DNA from: Sphingobium bisphenolivorans
GTDB taxonomy: Bacteria > Pseudomonadota > Alphaproteobacteria > Sphingomonadales > Sphingomonadaceae
Direction: 5' to 3'
NCBI RefSeq assembly: GCF_000412635.1
Contig: NZ_ASTG01000006.1
Location: 3,254-35,253 of the forward strand
Length of the DNA: 32,000 nt
Of the stretch, positions 24,875 to 32,000 are shown piece after piece. The notes under the pieces are model-generated. The model saw only the letters and a list, made by a program, of their open reading frames with translations, was not told the DNA's origin and did not search any database. The first letter of the stretch is position 1. Every line of letters starts with the position of its first letter. Made by a program: the position numbers and the translations under genes.

Positions 24875-26254
24875 TCAGCCGAGGGCGGGCAGCGAAAGGG
24901 TGAAGCGGGCGCCCCCACCCGGAGCCTCATCGACATGGATATCGCCACCCATCGCGCGAGCCAGGCGGCGGGAGATGAACAGCCCCAGGCCGCTGCCTCC
25001 CGGATCGTTGCGGCCGAGACGCTCGAACTTCGCAAACACACGTTCGCGGCTGTCGGCCGGCACCCCCTCGCCCTGGTCCAGCACCGCGATCCAGACCCGC
25101 TCTCGCTCGCGCCCGGTTTCCACGCGCACCTGAGAACCTTCGGGAGCATAGCGGATCGCGTTGCCGATCAGGTTCATCAGGATTTGCAAGGCTCGCCGGA
25201 ACTCCCCAACCGCTGGCGCGACGATGTCGGCGGCAGGCGTGATGACGGCAATATCCCGCTGCTGTGCCTTCACGACCAGCAAACCGGCAGCGCGCCGCCC
25301 GAGATCGGCAAGGTCGATCTCTTCGGCAATCACCGTGAAGTCGGGCCTGTCGATCGCCTGAAGATCCGCCAGATCGTCGATCAGCGCCATCAGATGCCGT
25401 CCTGCCGTTGCTATGTCGCCGGCATAACCCGCATAGTCGGGCCTCAACTCGCCATGGCCCTGCGCGCCGAGGAGATCGGCATTGGCGATGATCCGGCCCA
25501 GCGGTTGCCGCAGCGACCGGTCAAGCCTTTTGCTGAACTCGGCGGGATAGAGGACCGTCGGCTTGGGCAGCACCAGCGGCGCGGTCACGGCCCGCTCCAA
25601 CGGCAAGGCCGTGCCCCTATAGCCTAGCAGCTGCCCGCTGAGGTCAAACATGGGATAACCCGACAGGCGGTAGCTTTCCCCCTGCTTTCCGACCAGGCCC
25701 GCAAGCTGATCGTGGAAGGCGCGCCGCTGCGCAAAGCCGCGCAGGATGGCCAGATCGCCCTCGGCGTCGGGGTGCAATTCGAAATAGCTGGTAAAACGGC
25801 TGCCCGGCACCGGCGGCGACGCAGGCAGGGCACCTTCGCTGCCTGCCCCTTCCATCACCATCTGGAATCGAAGCTGGGTATCGATCTGCCACAGCCAGCC
25901 ATCCGCCAGCGACGCGATATCCGCTTCCCGCCGGGCAAGATCAAGGGTCGCGGTGACCGCCGTGCGCTCATGCCAGTCGATGACAGAGAGTTGCACAAGC
26001 TCATCATCCGCCCGCGCCCTTACCCACATCTCGATATCGCCGCTATCGCACGCCGCGACCACTGGGCGGGCGACAGGAACATGCAGATGCGCAACCAGTC
26101 TCGCTATGGCGGCCAGCTGCGGGATCGCAAGCCGTTCGCCCAAGTCGCCGCCCGCCTCCCGCTGCAAGGAAAGCAGCGGTTCGTCGGCGCTGAGCAGCCG
26201 CCCATCAAGTGCGACGGTCGCCCGAACGATGGCGGGAGGCGCCAGCATGTGCAT
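24875..26254 (-). CDS. PAS-containing histidine-kinase-like protein with an intact ATP-binding domain but Arg at the H-box His position (putative pseudo-kinase)
   Basis: I trim track ORF 24875..26524 to ATG 26254 (MHMLAPPAIV...), which shares one nt with the upstream gene's TGA (TGATG). The DHp-like segment 'FSKRLDRSLRQPLGRIIANADLL...YAGDIATAGRHLMALIDDLADLQAI' aligns by eye with 'F.a.vSHELRTPLnaIiGfselL'. N box 'LMNLIGNAIRYA', G1 'DQGEGV', F 'VFAKFERL' and G2 'GGSGLGL' are all present. Confidence 0.85.
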   Translation of the reverse strand: MHMLAPPAIVRATVALDGRLLSADEPLLSLQREAGGDLGERLAIPQLAAIARLVAHLHVPVARPVVAACDSGDIEMWVRARADDELVQLSVIDWHERTAVTATLDLARREADIASLADGWLWQIDTQLRFQMVMEGAGSEGALPASPPVPGSRFTSYFELHPDAEGDLAILRGFAQRRAFHDQLAGLVGKQGESYRLSGYPMFDLSGQLLGYRGTALPLERAVTAPLVLPKPTVLYPAEFSKRLDRSLRQPLGRIIANADLLGAQGHGELRPDYAGYAGDIATAGRHLMALIDDLADLQAIDRPDFTVIAEEIDLADLGRRAAGLLVVKAQQRDIAVITPAADIVAPAVGEFRRALQILMNLIGNAIRYAPEGSQVRVETGRERERVWIAVLDQGEGVPADSRERVFAKFERLGRNDPGGSGLGLFISRRLARAMGGDIHVDEAPGGGARFTLSLPALG

Positions 26255-27348
26255 CAAACCATGGTCCGTCGCAGATGCTCCAGCTTGACCCGAAGCGCCG
26301 CTGGAGCGCGCAAGTTGCTGACCATCGCGTCGGCCTGGGCCTCGCTTATCTCCTGGTAGCGCGCCGCCTCTCCCACTATCCTCCCGTCGGAGAGGGTGGT
26401 ACGTACCGGCCGCAGCGCCACCAGCAGCCGCCGGTAATCGGCGTCCGATCCGCCCAGCGCGCGGCACAGCGCCGCCACCTGCGCGACGGAGCCCATCACC
26501 AGTATGTCGGCGACCTGCATGCACTCCATCCGCAGCCGCCGGCCCGCCAGTGCCGCGAACAGCAAAAAGCGGCGCTGCGCCAGGGCAGCGCCGATCAGAT
26601 CGGGCGCATCGGCCCTCTCCCCCAGCCTCTGCACGAGGCGGTCCGCCGCCGCGATCGGGCCAGCCTGCTCGTCATGCCGCCCCAGCATGGCCCAGCCCGC
26701 TTCTTCGAAGAGGGACAGCATCGCCTGCGCCTCCGCCGGATGGTCCTGCTGAGCGACAGCTGCCAGGCAAGCAGCTGCCGTCCAGACCAGTTCCGTATAA
26801 TGGGCGGCAGGAAGGTCGGGGTGCATGGCCTGGTGCTCACCTCCAGCCATCAGCCAGCGCGCCTCCGCCAGAGCCATGGCGGCCAACGCTTCATCCAGCG
26901 CCTGATCCCCGGCGGCGAACAAGGCCTCCGCCTCCGTTTCCCCCGGATGATCTTCTGGGCGGCCGGTCTGGCGCAGCATCAGGCTCACACCCGCGCGCAT
27001 CTGCATATGGGCCAGCAGAGCAGGCGAAAGAAGGGTCGGCTGTGCACATAACGCCGGCCAGCACAGCGGCTCTGGCCGGGCTGCCAGCAAAGCCGCACCC
27101 GCGGCGCTCGCCTCCAGGGAAAGCCGCAACCCGGTTTCGATGGCGGTGACGCATCCGCCAAGATGCCGCCGAGTCTCGACCAGCAAAACATCATTCCGCT
27201 CGCGCCCTTCCTCCGGAAAGAAGAACGCGAGATCAATGGCATGATCGATCGGCACGGCGGACATGCCGGGCCTGACTCGCGCCATCGGCCAGCTGTCCGC
27301 CATGCTCGGTCCGTTCAAGGGCGAAAAGGCGCTCATTGCGGCGACCAT
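26254..27348 (-). CDS. hypothetical Ala/Leu-rich helical protein (364 aa), stop overlapping the start of the kinase-like gene
   Basis: Long ORF with codon usage like its neighbours. No family assignable by eye. The start could be one of several N-terminal ATGs, and there is no clear SD. Confidence 0.6.
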   Translation of the reverse strand: MVAAMSAFSPLNGPSMADSWPMARVRPGMSAVPIDHAIDLAFFFPEEGRERNDVLLVETRRHLGGCVTAIETGLRLSLEASAAGAALLAARPEPLCWPALCAQPTLLSPALLAHMQMRAGVSLMLRQTGRPEDHPGETEAEALFAAGDQALDEALAAMALAEARWLMAGGEHQAMHPDLPAAHYTELVWTAAACLAAVAQQDHPAEAQAMLSLFEEAGWAMLGRHDEQAGPIAAADRLVQRLGERADAPDLIGAALAQRRFLLFAALAGRRLRMECMQVADILVMGSVAQVAALCRALGGSDADYRRLLVALRPVRTTLSDGRIVGEAARYQEISEAQADAMVSNLRAPAALRVKLEHLRRTMV

Positions 27349-27388
27349 AGCCGCACGTCGTTAAAATGCACTAAACCCTAAGCAGAAT

Positions 27389-28561
27389 TCACGGCTGATC
27401 GCGGCGCAGCAAGATCATCGCTCCGACCGAAGCGATGGCGCAGAAGGTCGCGACACTCGTCATGGGCGTGAGCGCGCCTGTCATGGCCGCCAGCAGCAGC
27501 AGGATCAGCGCGCTGGCTGGCGTGAAAATCATCCATGGCCTGATGCCGCCCGTCCTATGCCGCCGATCCGCCACTTGCACGATCGCGAGCAGCAGGGCGA
27601 GGTAGATTGTCCCCATCGTATCGCCCGACAAGGCGATGCCGAGCAGCGCGACAGCAGGCGTGACGAAGGCCGTCCAGCCCATGGGCGGTGAGCGGAGCGC
27701 CAGTTCGTCCAAACGATCGGCTATTTCCGCCAGCAGCAGCGCCAGCAACAACAGGCAAAATCCCGCGCCAACCCAGAGCAGTTCGATCGGCACCAGCCCG
27801 ATCGCCCCCAGCACCATGGCCGCGATCCGCATTTGCGGCGCCGGCACCTGCATGCGCATCAGCGCCGGACCGACGAGCCGGGCCAGCGGAGCCAGCAGAT
27901 AATGTTCGGCGCCGCCCCGCGACTGCTGGAGCCGGGGGCCGCTCGACAGCACCGCCTGCGCGGCGACATCAGCCTGTTCCTGCCCATCGACGAGAGCAAC
28001 CCGCCCCTCCAGCAGATCATCCTGCGGCACCGTGACGCGTCGCGCACCGGCCTGAACCGCGCTACGCACCAGAGTCAGCGACAGGTCCCAGTCGCCGATC
28101 ATATCGAGCGTGTTGAACAGCAGGTCGGGGCTGATCCGCGCCAGGCCGGCCCAGCGCTGCCCGGCGTCGATCCGTTCGAACGGCGCGCTCGCCCGGCTGT
28201 CGTCGGTTACCAGCAGCGCATTTCCTTGCCGCTCCGCCATCGCCTCGAAATGACCCTGCGCCACGATCGCGCCATCTGCGACCAGCAGCGTATCGGCGTC
28301 GCGCGGAGCATCGCGAACCATGGACACCATGTCGCGGATCAGCGCGACCGCGATACCGTCCGCCGAAAGACGATCGACGGCCTGCGACAAAGCAGGCGTA
28401 ATCACGCTGACGACGATCATGATCCGGTCCGCACCAGCCCGCGCAGCTTGGCGTGCCTGATATTCCACCAGTGTCTGACCTGCGAAGTGCAGGCTGCCAC
28501 GAAGCGGTGCAGCCGGATCACCGGACGTCCGGCTCGCGCTGAGAATGGCTGCAAATGTCAT
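27389..28561 (-). CDS. membrane protein: N-terminal nucleotidyltransferase-like fold plus C-terminal polytopic domain with a degenerate CDP-alcohol-phosphatidyltransferase-like motif
   Basis: I trim track ORF 27389..28735 to ATG 28561 (MTFAAILSASRTSGD...). 'AAILSAS......L.FAGQTLVEYQARQAARAGADRIMIVVS' mimics the NTP-transferase beta-alpha-beta start but lacks G-x-G-x-R. The C-terminus has about 5 hydrophobic helices containing 'DRLDELALR....GWTAFVTPAVA'. Confidence 0.6.
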   Translation of the reverse strand: MTFAAILSASRTSGDPAAPLRGSLHFAGQTLVEYQARQAARAGADRIMIVVSVITPALSQAVDRLSADGIAVALIRDMVSMVRDAPRDADTLLVADGAIVAQGHFEAMAERQGNALLVTDDSRASAPFERIDAGQRWAGLARISPDLLFNTLDMIGDWDLSLTLVRSAVQAGARRVTVPQDDLLEGRVALVDGQEQADVAAQAVLSSGPRLQQSRGGAEHYLLAPLARLVGPALMRMQVPAPQMRIAAMVLGAIGLVPIELLWVGAGFCLLLLALLLAEIADRLDELALRSPPMGWTAFVTPAVALLGIALSGDTMGTIYLALLLAIVQVADRRHRTGGIRPWMIFTPASALILLLLAAMTGALTPMTSVATFCAIASVGAMILLRRDQP

Positions 28562-28640
28562 GCCGTTGAGAAACCGACCCGATCGTTGTTCGACCCACCT
28601 TTTTGCAAGCCGGGCGCCATCACGCAAGCCGGGTGGCGCT

Positions 28641-28943
28641 TCACCCCTCGGAAAGCTCATCCAGCATGGCGCGCAACCGGCGCAGCACGCGCGGATCACC
28701 GGGTGCCGAATCGGCTGCCTCGTCCGCCATCGCAATCAGGCTGCTCATGCCGAAACTCGCCGCCAGCCCCTTCAGCCGCCATGCGGCCAGTTCCCAGTTC
28801 GCGTCGCAGCGTGCCCGGCGTAGCAGATCGAATTGCCGCTCGGCGCTTTCCATGAAGGCGACGCGCAGGTCGGCAATCAGCGTACGGTCGTCGCCCACCG
28901 CAGCGGCTAGGGCAGCATTCAGGGCGCCTGGATCGTAGGACAT
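28641..28943 (-). CDS. Hpt-like four-helix-bundle protein with Trp in place of the phospho-accepting His
   Basis: 100 aa. 'ELAAWRLKGLAASFGMSSLIAMADEAA' aligns by eye with the Hpt signature 'aaHtLKGsaanlGa..La..c.elE'. W55 is codon TGG at 28781..28779. Confidence 0.6.
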   Translation of the reverse strand: MSYDPGALNAALAAAVGDDRTLIADLRVAFMESAERQFDLLRRARCDANWELAAWRLKGLAASFGMSSLIAMADEAADSAPGDPRVLRRLRAMLDELSEG

Positions 28944-29014
28944 AGGGCGAACGCTATCTGGCTTGCGTTAAGTTTTGGTAACAGGCCATTTTCGTTCGTC
29001 GAAAAGCTGCTAGG

Positions 29015-31696
29015 ATGCGCGGCATGAATGGGGGCAGCACAATCGTCGAATTTTGGCGAGACAATAAGGCAGCGGCCGATAACGCCGCGCAGGCCGAGGA
29101 TATCCTGCTTTTGGATCAGGCTGCACCTGATCTGGAGCAAGAGTCACTCGCCGCTGATGAGGCCGAAGGCTCCGTCCGCGGCGCGCAGATCGCGTTCCTA
29201 ATAGCCGGGCTGGTTTGGCTCGTCTTCGCCGCTTGGGCAACCATATCGTCGGGCCAGTGGCAGGCTGGTCCTGCCGGGTGGCCGGGACTGGTTGCGACCA
29301 TTCTCATCCCCCTGACGCTTCTTGGTGTTTGCTATCTTCTGCTCCTGCGCAACAGCCGCACCGAAGCGCGGCGCTATATCGACACGGCCCGAACGCTCCG
29401 CGCAGAGGCGGAGTTGCTTGAGCTTCGCCTTGGCCGGATCGCTCGTCAGCTCGAAACGGCGCGGCAGACGATGCACGACCAGGCCGAATTGCTCGACAGC
29501 TATGGCGCCGCCGCAAGCAGCAATATGGAGGCTTCGGCGGAGTTGATCGCCGGCCGGGCGAACAGCACAGCGGAACGCGCCGAAGCAGCGGAACAGGCCG
29601 CGCTCGCCCTTGTCCAGCGGATGGAAACGCTCATCGGCTCCATTCCAGAACTGGAGGATCGCGCGACTCGCATGGCCGCGCGGATCATCGACAATGGCCA
29701 CGCGCTGTCCGAGCGGATCGACACACTGGAAGCCCGCCTGCATGCTCTCGGCGAACTGTCCGACGACGCTCGTACGCGCACACTTTCGGCGACCAAGAGC
29801 CTGTCCAGCCAGCTTACCCAGCTTCAGGAGGCGACACGGTCTGCCACGCAGGAGGTCAATGGCCTTGCCGATTTGGCCGCCAACCGGATCGACGTCACCA
29901 CCCAGAATGCCCGCCTGGCGCTGGAGGATAGCCGTCAGGATATCGAGCAGCAGGCAAGTTCGCTCGAATGTCTGGTCGCCCGCATCCGCGACAATGTGTC
30001 CGACACCACGCGTTCGATGGCGGCGGCGCTGACGCGGGAACTGGACAATGCCGAAGCGGACGTGCGGCAGCGGCTCGAAGCGTCACTCGCCAGTGCGCGG
30101 GAAAGCATGGCTGCGACGGATGCTGACCTCTCTGCGCAGGCGGTATCGCTGCGCACGCTCATCGAAGAAGCACGTTCGGGCATCGTCGGTACCAGCCAGA
30201 CGGCACTTGCCACCCTGTCCCGCGACGCACAGGCGATCGAGGCCGAGTTGCACGATCGGATCGCCGCTGCCGTGGCGCAAGCGCGTGAAAGCCTGAGCTT
30301 CACGGAGGCCGGAATCACGCGTCAGACCGAAGCGCTCGACGCACTGATCGCACGCTCCCGCACGAGCATTGAGGCAATCGGCAATGATTCTGTCGCTCAT
30401 CTGGCGGATCATGTCGCGGAAGTTGAAAGCCGCCTGCATCAGATCAACGATCTGGTCGAGGGTCAACGGACGCTCGTTTCAGGGCTTCAGACCAACCTCA
30501 ACGAAGCGGTAGACGCCGCGCAATCGCGCTTCACGGCGATGGAAGACGCCGCCCTCGCCCGCAACGAGCGGCTGACCGAGGCATTATCTCGCCTGACGGC
30601 TGAAACCCAGCGCATCGACAGCGCGCTCGCGCAAGGCGGTATCACGGCCGAAAAGCTGATCGGCAGTGCGGAAACCCTGCTGGTCGCGCTCGATTCGAGT
30701 GTGCGCGAGCTGGACGAAACCTTCCCCGCGGCGCTGGAGCGCTTTAACGGGCGCATCGAAAGCAGCCGGACTTTGCTCGACAGTGCAGCGCCCGAGATCG
30801 AACGGCTGGAGGCCATTTCCGAGGCACTCGTCGGACGCACGCAGGAGGCGGAGGAACTGCTCCGCGGTCAGGGCCGTCGCCTCACCGAATGGTTGGAAAG
30901 CACGCAGAGCGGCGTCGATGCCAATCGCGAGCTGGTCGAAAAGCTACGCACCGCGCTCGACAATGCGCATCAGGACGCGACCCGCATTACCGAGGGCGCC
31001 GGGCCGCTGCTGGTCACCGCGCTGCTCCGCGTCAAGGATACGGCGGATCAAGCAGCCGAACGCGCCCGCCAAGCCCTGAGCCGGGCCATTCCCGATGCCG
31101 CCCAGTCGTTGGCTGACGCCAGTGAGGCCGCCATGCAGCGGGCGATCGACGAAAAGGTCACCGCGCAGATCGAGATGGTCGCGCAAGTCGCGGAGGAAGC
31201 GGTCAAGGCCGCGCACCAGGCGTCCGATCGCCTGACCCGGCAGTTGCTGACGATCGCCGACACGAGCGCCGGGTTGGAGGCGCGGATCGAGGAAGCGCAG
31301 CGGGCAGCCGAAGACCGCGACCGGGAACATTTCGCCCGCCGCTCCGCGCTTATCATCGAATCGCTCAACAGCACCGCCATCGACGTCTCCAAGATTCTGT
31401 CGAACGACGTCACCGACTCTGCCTGGTCAGCCTATCTCAAGGGTGATCGCGGGGTGTTCACCCGCCGCGCCGTCAAGCTGCTCGACGCTGGTGAATCCCG
31501 CGAGATCGCGCTTCATTACGACAGCGATCCTGAATTTCAGGAGCATGTGAACCGCTACATCCATGATTTCGAATCGATGCTGCGGATCATCCTGTCGGCG
31601 CGAGACGGCAATGCGCTGGGCGTAGCGCTGCTCTCGTCTGACATGGGCAAGCTCTATGTCGCGCTGGCACAGGCGATCGAACGGCTGAGGCAGTAG
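29015..31696 (+). CDS. membrane-anchored long coiled-coil protein (TipN/GPR-like architecture)
   Basis: 893 aa with two N-terminal TM helices (IAFLIAGLVWLVFAAWATI; LVATILIPLTLLGVCYLLLL). About 700 aa of Ala/Glu/Arg/Leu-rich helical repeats follow. The C-terminal domain looks conserved ('IIESLNSTAIDVSKILSNDV.DSAWSAYLKGDRGVFTRRAVKLL', 'SDMGKLYVALAQAIERLR'). The start may be ATG 29024 (MNGGS), which has better AGGA spacing. Confidence 0.75.
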   Translation: MRGMNGGSTIVEFWRDNKAAADNAAQAEDILLLDQAAPDLEQESLAADEAEGSVRGAQIAFLIAGLVWLVFAAWATISSGQWQAGPAGWPGLVATILIPLTLLGVCYLLLLRNSRTEARRYIDTARTLRAEAELLELRLGRIARQLETARQTMHDQAELLDSYGAAASSNMEASAELIAGRANSTAERAEAAEQAALALVQRMETLIGSIPELEDRATRMAARIIDNGHALSERIDTLEARLHALGELSDDARTRTLSATKSLSSQLTQLQEATRSATQEVNGLADLAANRIDVTTQNARLALEDSRQDIEQQASSLECLVARIRDNVSDTTRSMAAALTRELDNAEADVRQRLEASLASARESMAATDADLSAQAVSLRTLIEEARSGIVGTSQTALATLSRDAQAIEAELHDRIAAAVAQARESLSFTEAGITRQTEALDALIARSRTSIEAIGNDSVAHLADHVAEVESRLHQINDLVEGQRTLVSGLQTNLNEAVDAAQSRFTAMEDAALARNERLTEALSRLTAETQRIDSALAQGGITAEKLIGSAETLLVALDSSVRELDETFPAALERFNGRIESSRTLLDSAAPEIERLEAISEALVGRTQEAEELLRGQGRRLTEWLESTQSGVDANRELVEKLRTALDNAHQDATRITEGAGPLLVTALLRVKDTADQAAERARQALSRAIPDAAQSLADASEAAMQRAIDEKVTAQIEMVAQVAEEAVKAAHQASDRLTRQLLTIADTSAGLEARIEEAQRAAEDRDREHFARRSALIIESLNSTAIDVSKILSNDVTDSAWSAYLKGDRGVFTRRAVKLLDAGESREIALHYDSDPEFQEHVNRYIHDFESMLRIILSARDGNALGVALLSSDMGKLYVALAQAIERLRQ

Positions 31697-31716
31697 CGCC
31701 AGCAGCCGCAGTAATA

Positions 31717-32000
31717 TTATCGGGCGAGCGCGTCATTGGGATCGATCGCCCGTATAGCCGTCGTCGGTGGATTGACGTCGGCCGCTATCTGGGCCGCCGT
31801 TAGCGTTGCCGGCGCTTCCGAAGCGAGCGTTACTTCCCGATCCACATAGACGTCGAAAGCCGTGCCCGCCGGCAATTTGACCTCCTTGCCCCGGACCAGA
31901 AAGGCGAGCGGCAGGAAGACGACACCGGCTCCAACCGAACCTAAGGTTCCCGATCCCCCCTTCGCGTTCCACTCGCCGCGCACGGGCACCTCCGCCTGCC
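31717..32000 (-). CDS. hypothetical protein, C-terminal part (ORF probably continues beyond the right window edge)
   Basis: Track ORF 31717..31989. The reading frame stays open to the window end. No family recognised. Confidence 0.35.
   Translation of the reverse strand, partial: QAEVPVRGEWNAKGGSGTLGSVGAGVVFLPLAFLVRGKEVKLPAGTAFDVYVDREVTLASEAPATLTAAQIAADVNPPTTAIRAIDPNDALAR

Noticed and set aside
28968-28982. CtrA-like TTAA-GTTTTGG-TAAC in the divergent region between the Hpt-like gene and the coiled-coil gene
   Set aside because: The second half-site has two mismatches to TTAA(C) at N7 spacing; it is better at N6, which is the wrong spacing. It is weaker than the 27361..27376 site and was not reported as a feature.
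1-32000. Search for CRISPR arrays, tRNA/rRNA genes, IS elements, transposases, integrases, toxin-antitoxin pairs or known defence-system signatures
   Set aside because: I saw no spaced direct-repeat arrays, no cloverleaf-capable segments in intergenic regions, no terminal inverted repeats flanking the inserts, and no ORF with transposase, integrase or nuclease-defence motifs.

Overview
High-GC alphaproteobacterial chromosomal segment; the gene content looks sphingomonad-like, but the taxon is only a guess. (1) About 1-13.5 kb on the minus strand is an RcGTA-type gene transfer agent (GTA) head-tail cluster. The order is canonical: TerL(g2), portal, g3.5, prohead protease, HK97 capsid, g6, [g7 slot], g8, tail tube g9, g10, g10.1, tape measure, g12, g13, g14, g15. 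g15 is cut by the left window edge. Nine gene junctions are ATGA/GTGA stop-start overlaps that I checked in the DNA. Three non-GTA genes interrupt the cluster: a secreted glycine-zipper protein between TerL and portal, an opposite-strand small secreted protein between g8 and g9, and an opposite-strand GNAT between a TerS-like HTH gene and TerL. The cluster also contains internal terminator-like hairpins, a g12 fused to a ~568-aa unknown N-terminal domain, and a 68-aa ORF where g7 normally sits. (2) 13.7-24.8 kb is housekeeping: GST, TonB-like, an 80-aa hypothetical, YqaA/DedA, lnt, metK, lexA (with a perfect GTTC-N7-GTTC SOS box), comEC, gltX and gltA. (3) 24.9-28.9 kb on the minus strand is the most unusual part. 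Four genes have signalling or enzyme folds whose key catalytic motifs look degenerate. The PAS/HisKA/HATPase kinase-like protein has Arg at the H-box His position. The Hpt-like protein has Trp at the phospho-His position. The third is a nucleotidyltransferase-like plus CDP-alcohol-transferase-like membrane protein lacking signature residues. The fourth is an unassigned 364-aa helical protein whose stop overlaps the kinase-like gene's start. (4) 29.0-31.7 kb encodes an 893-aa membrane-anchored coiled-coil protein with TipN/GPR-like architecture. I saw no rRNA, tRNA, CRISPR, transposase or integrase. All family assignments are by-eye motif recognition and need HMM or structure confirmation.
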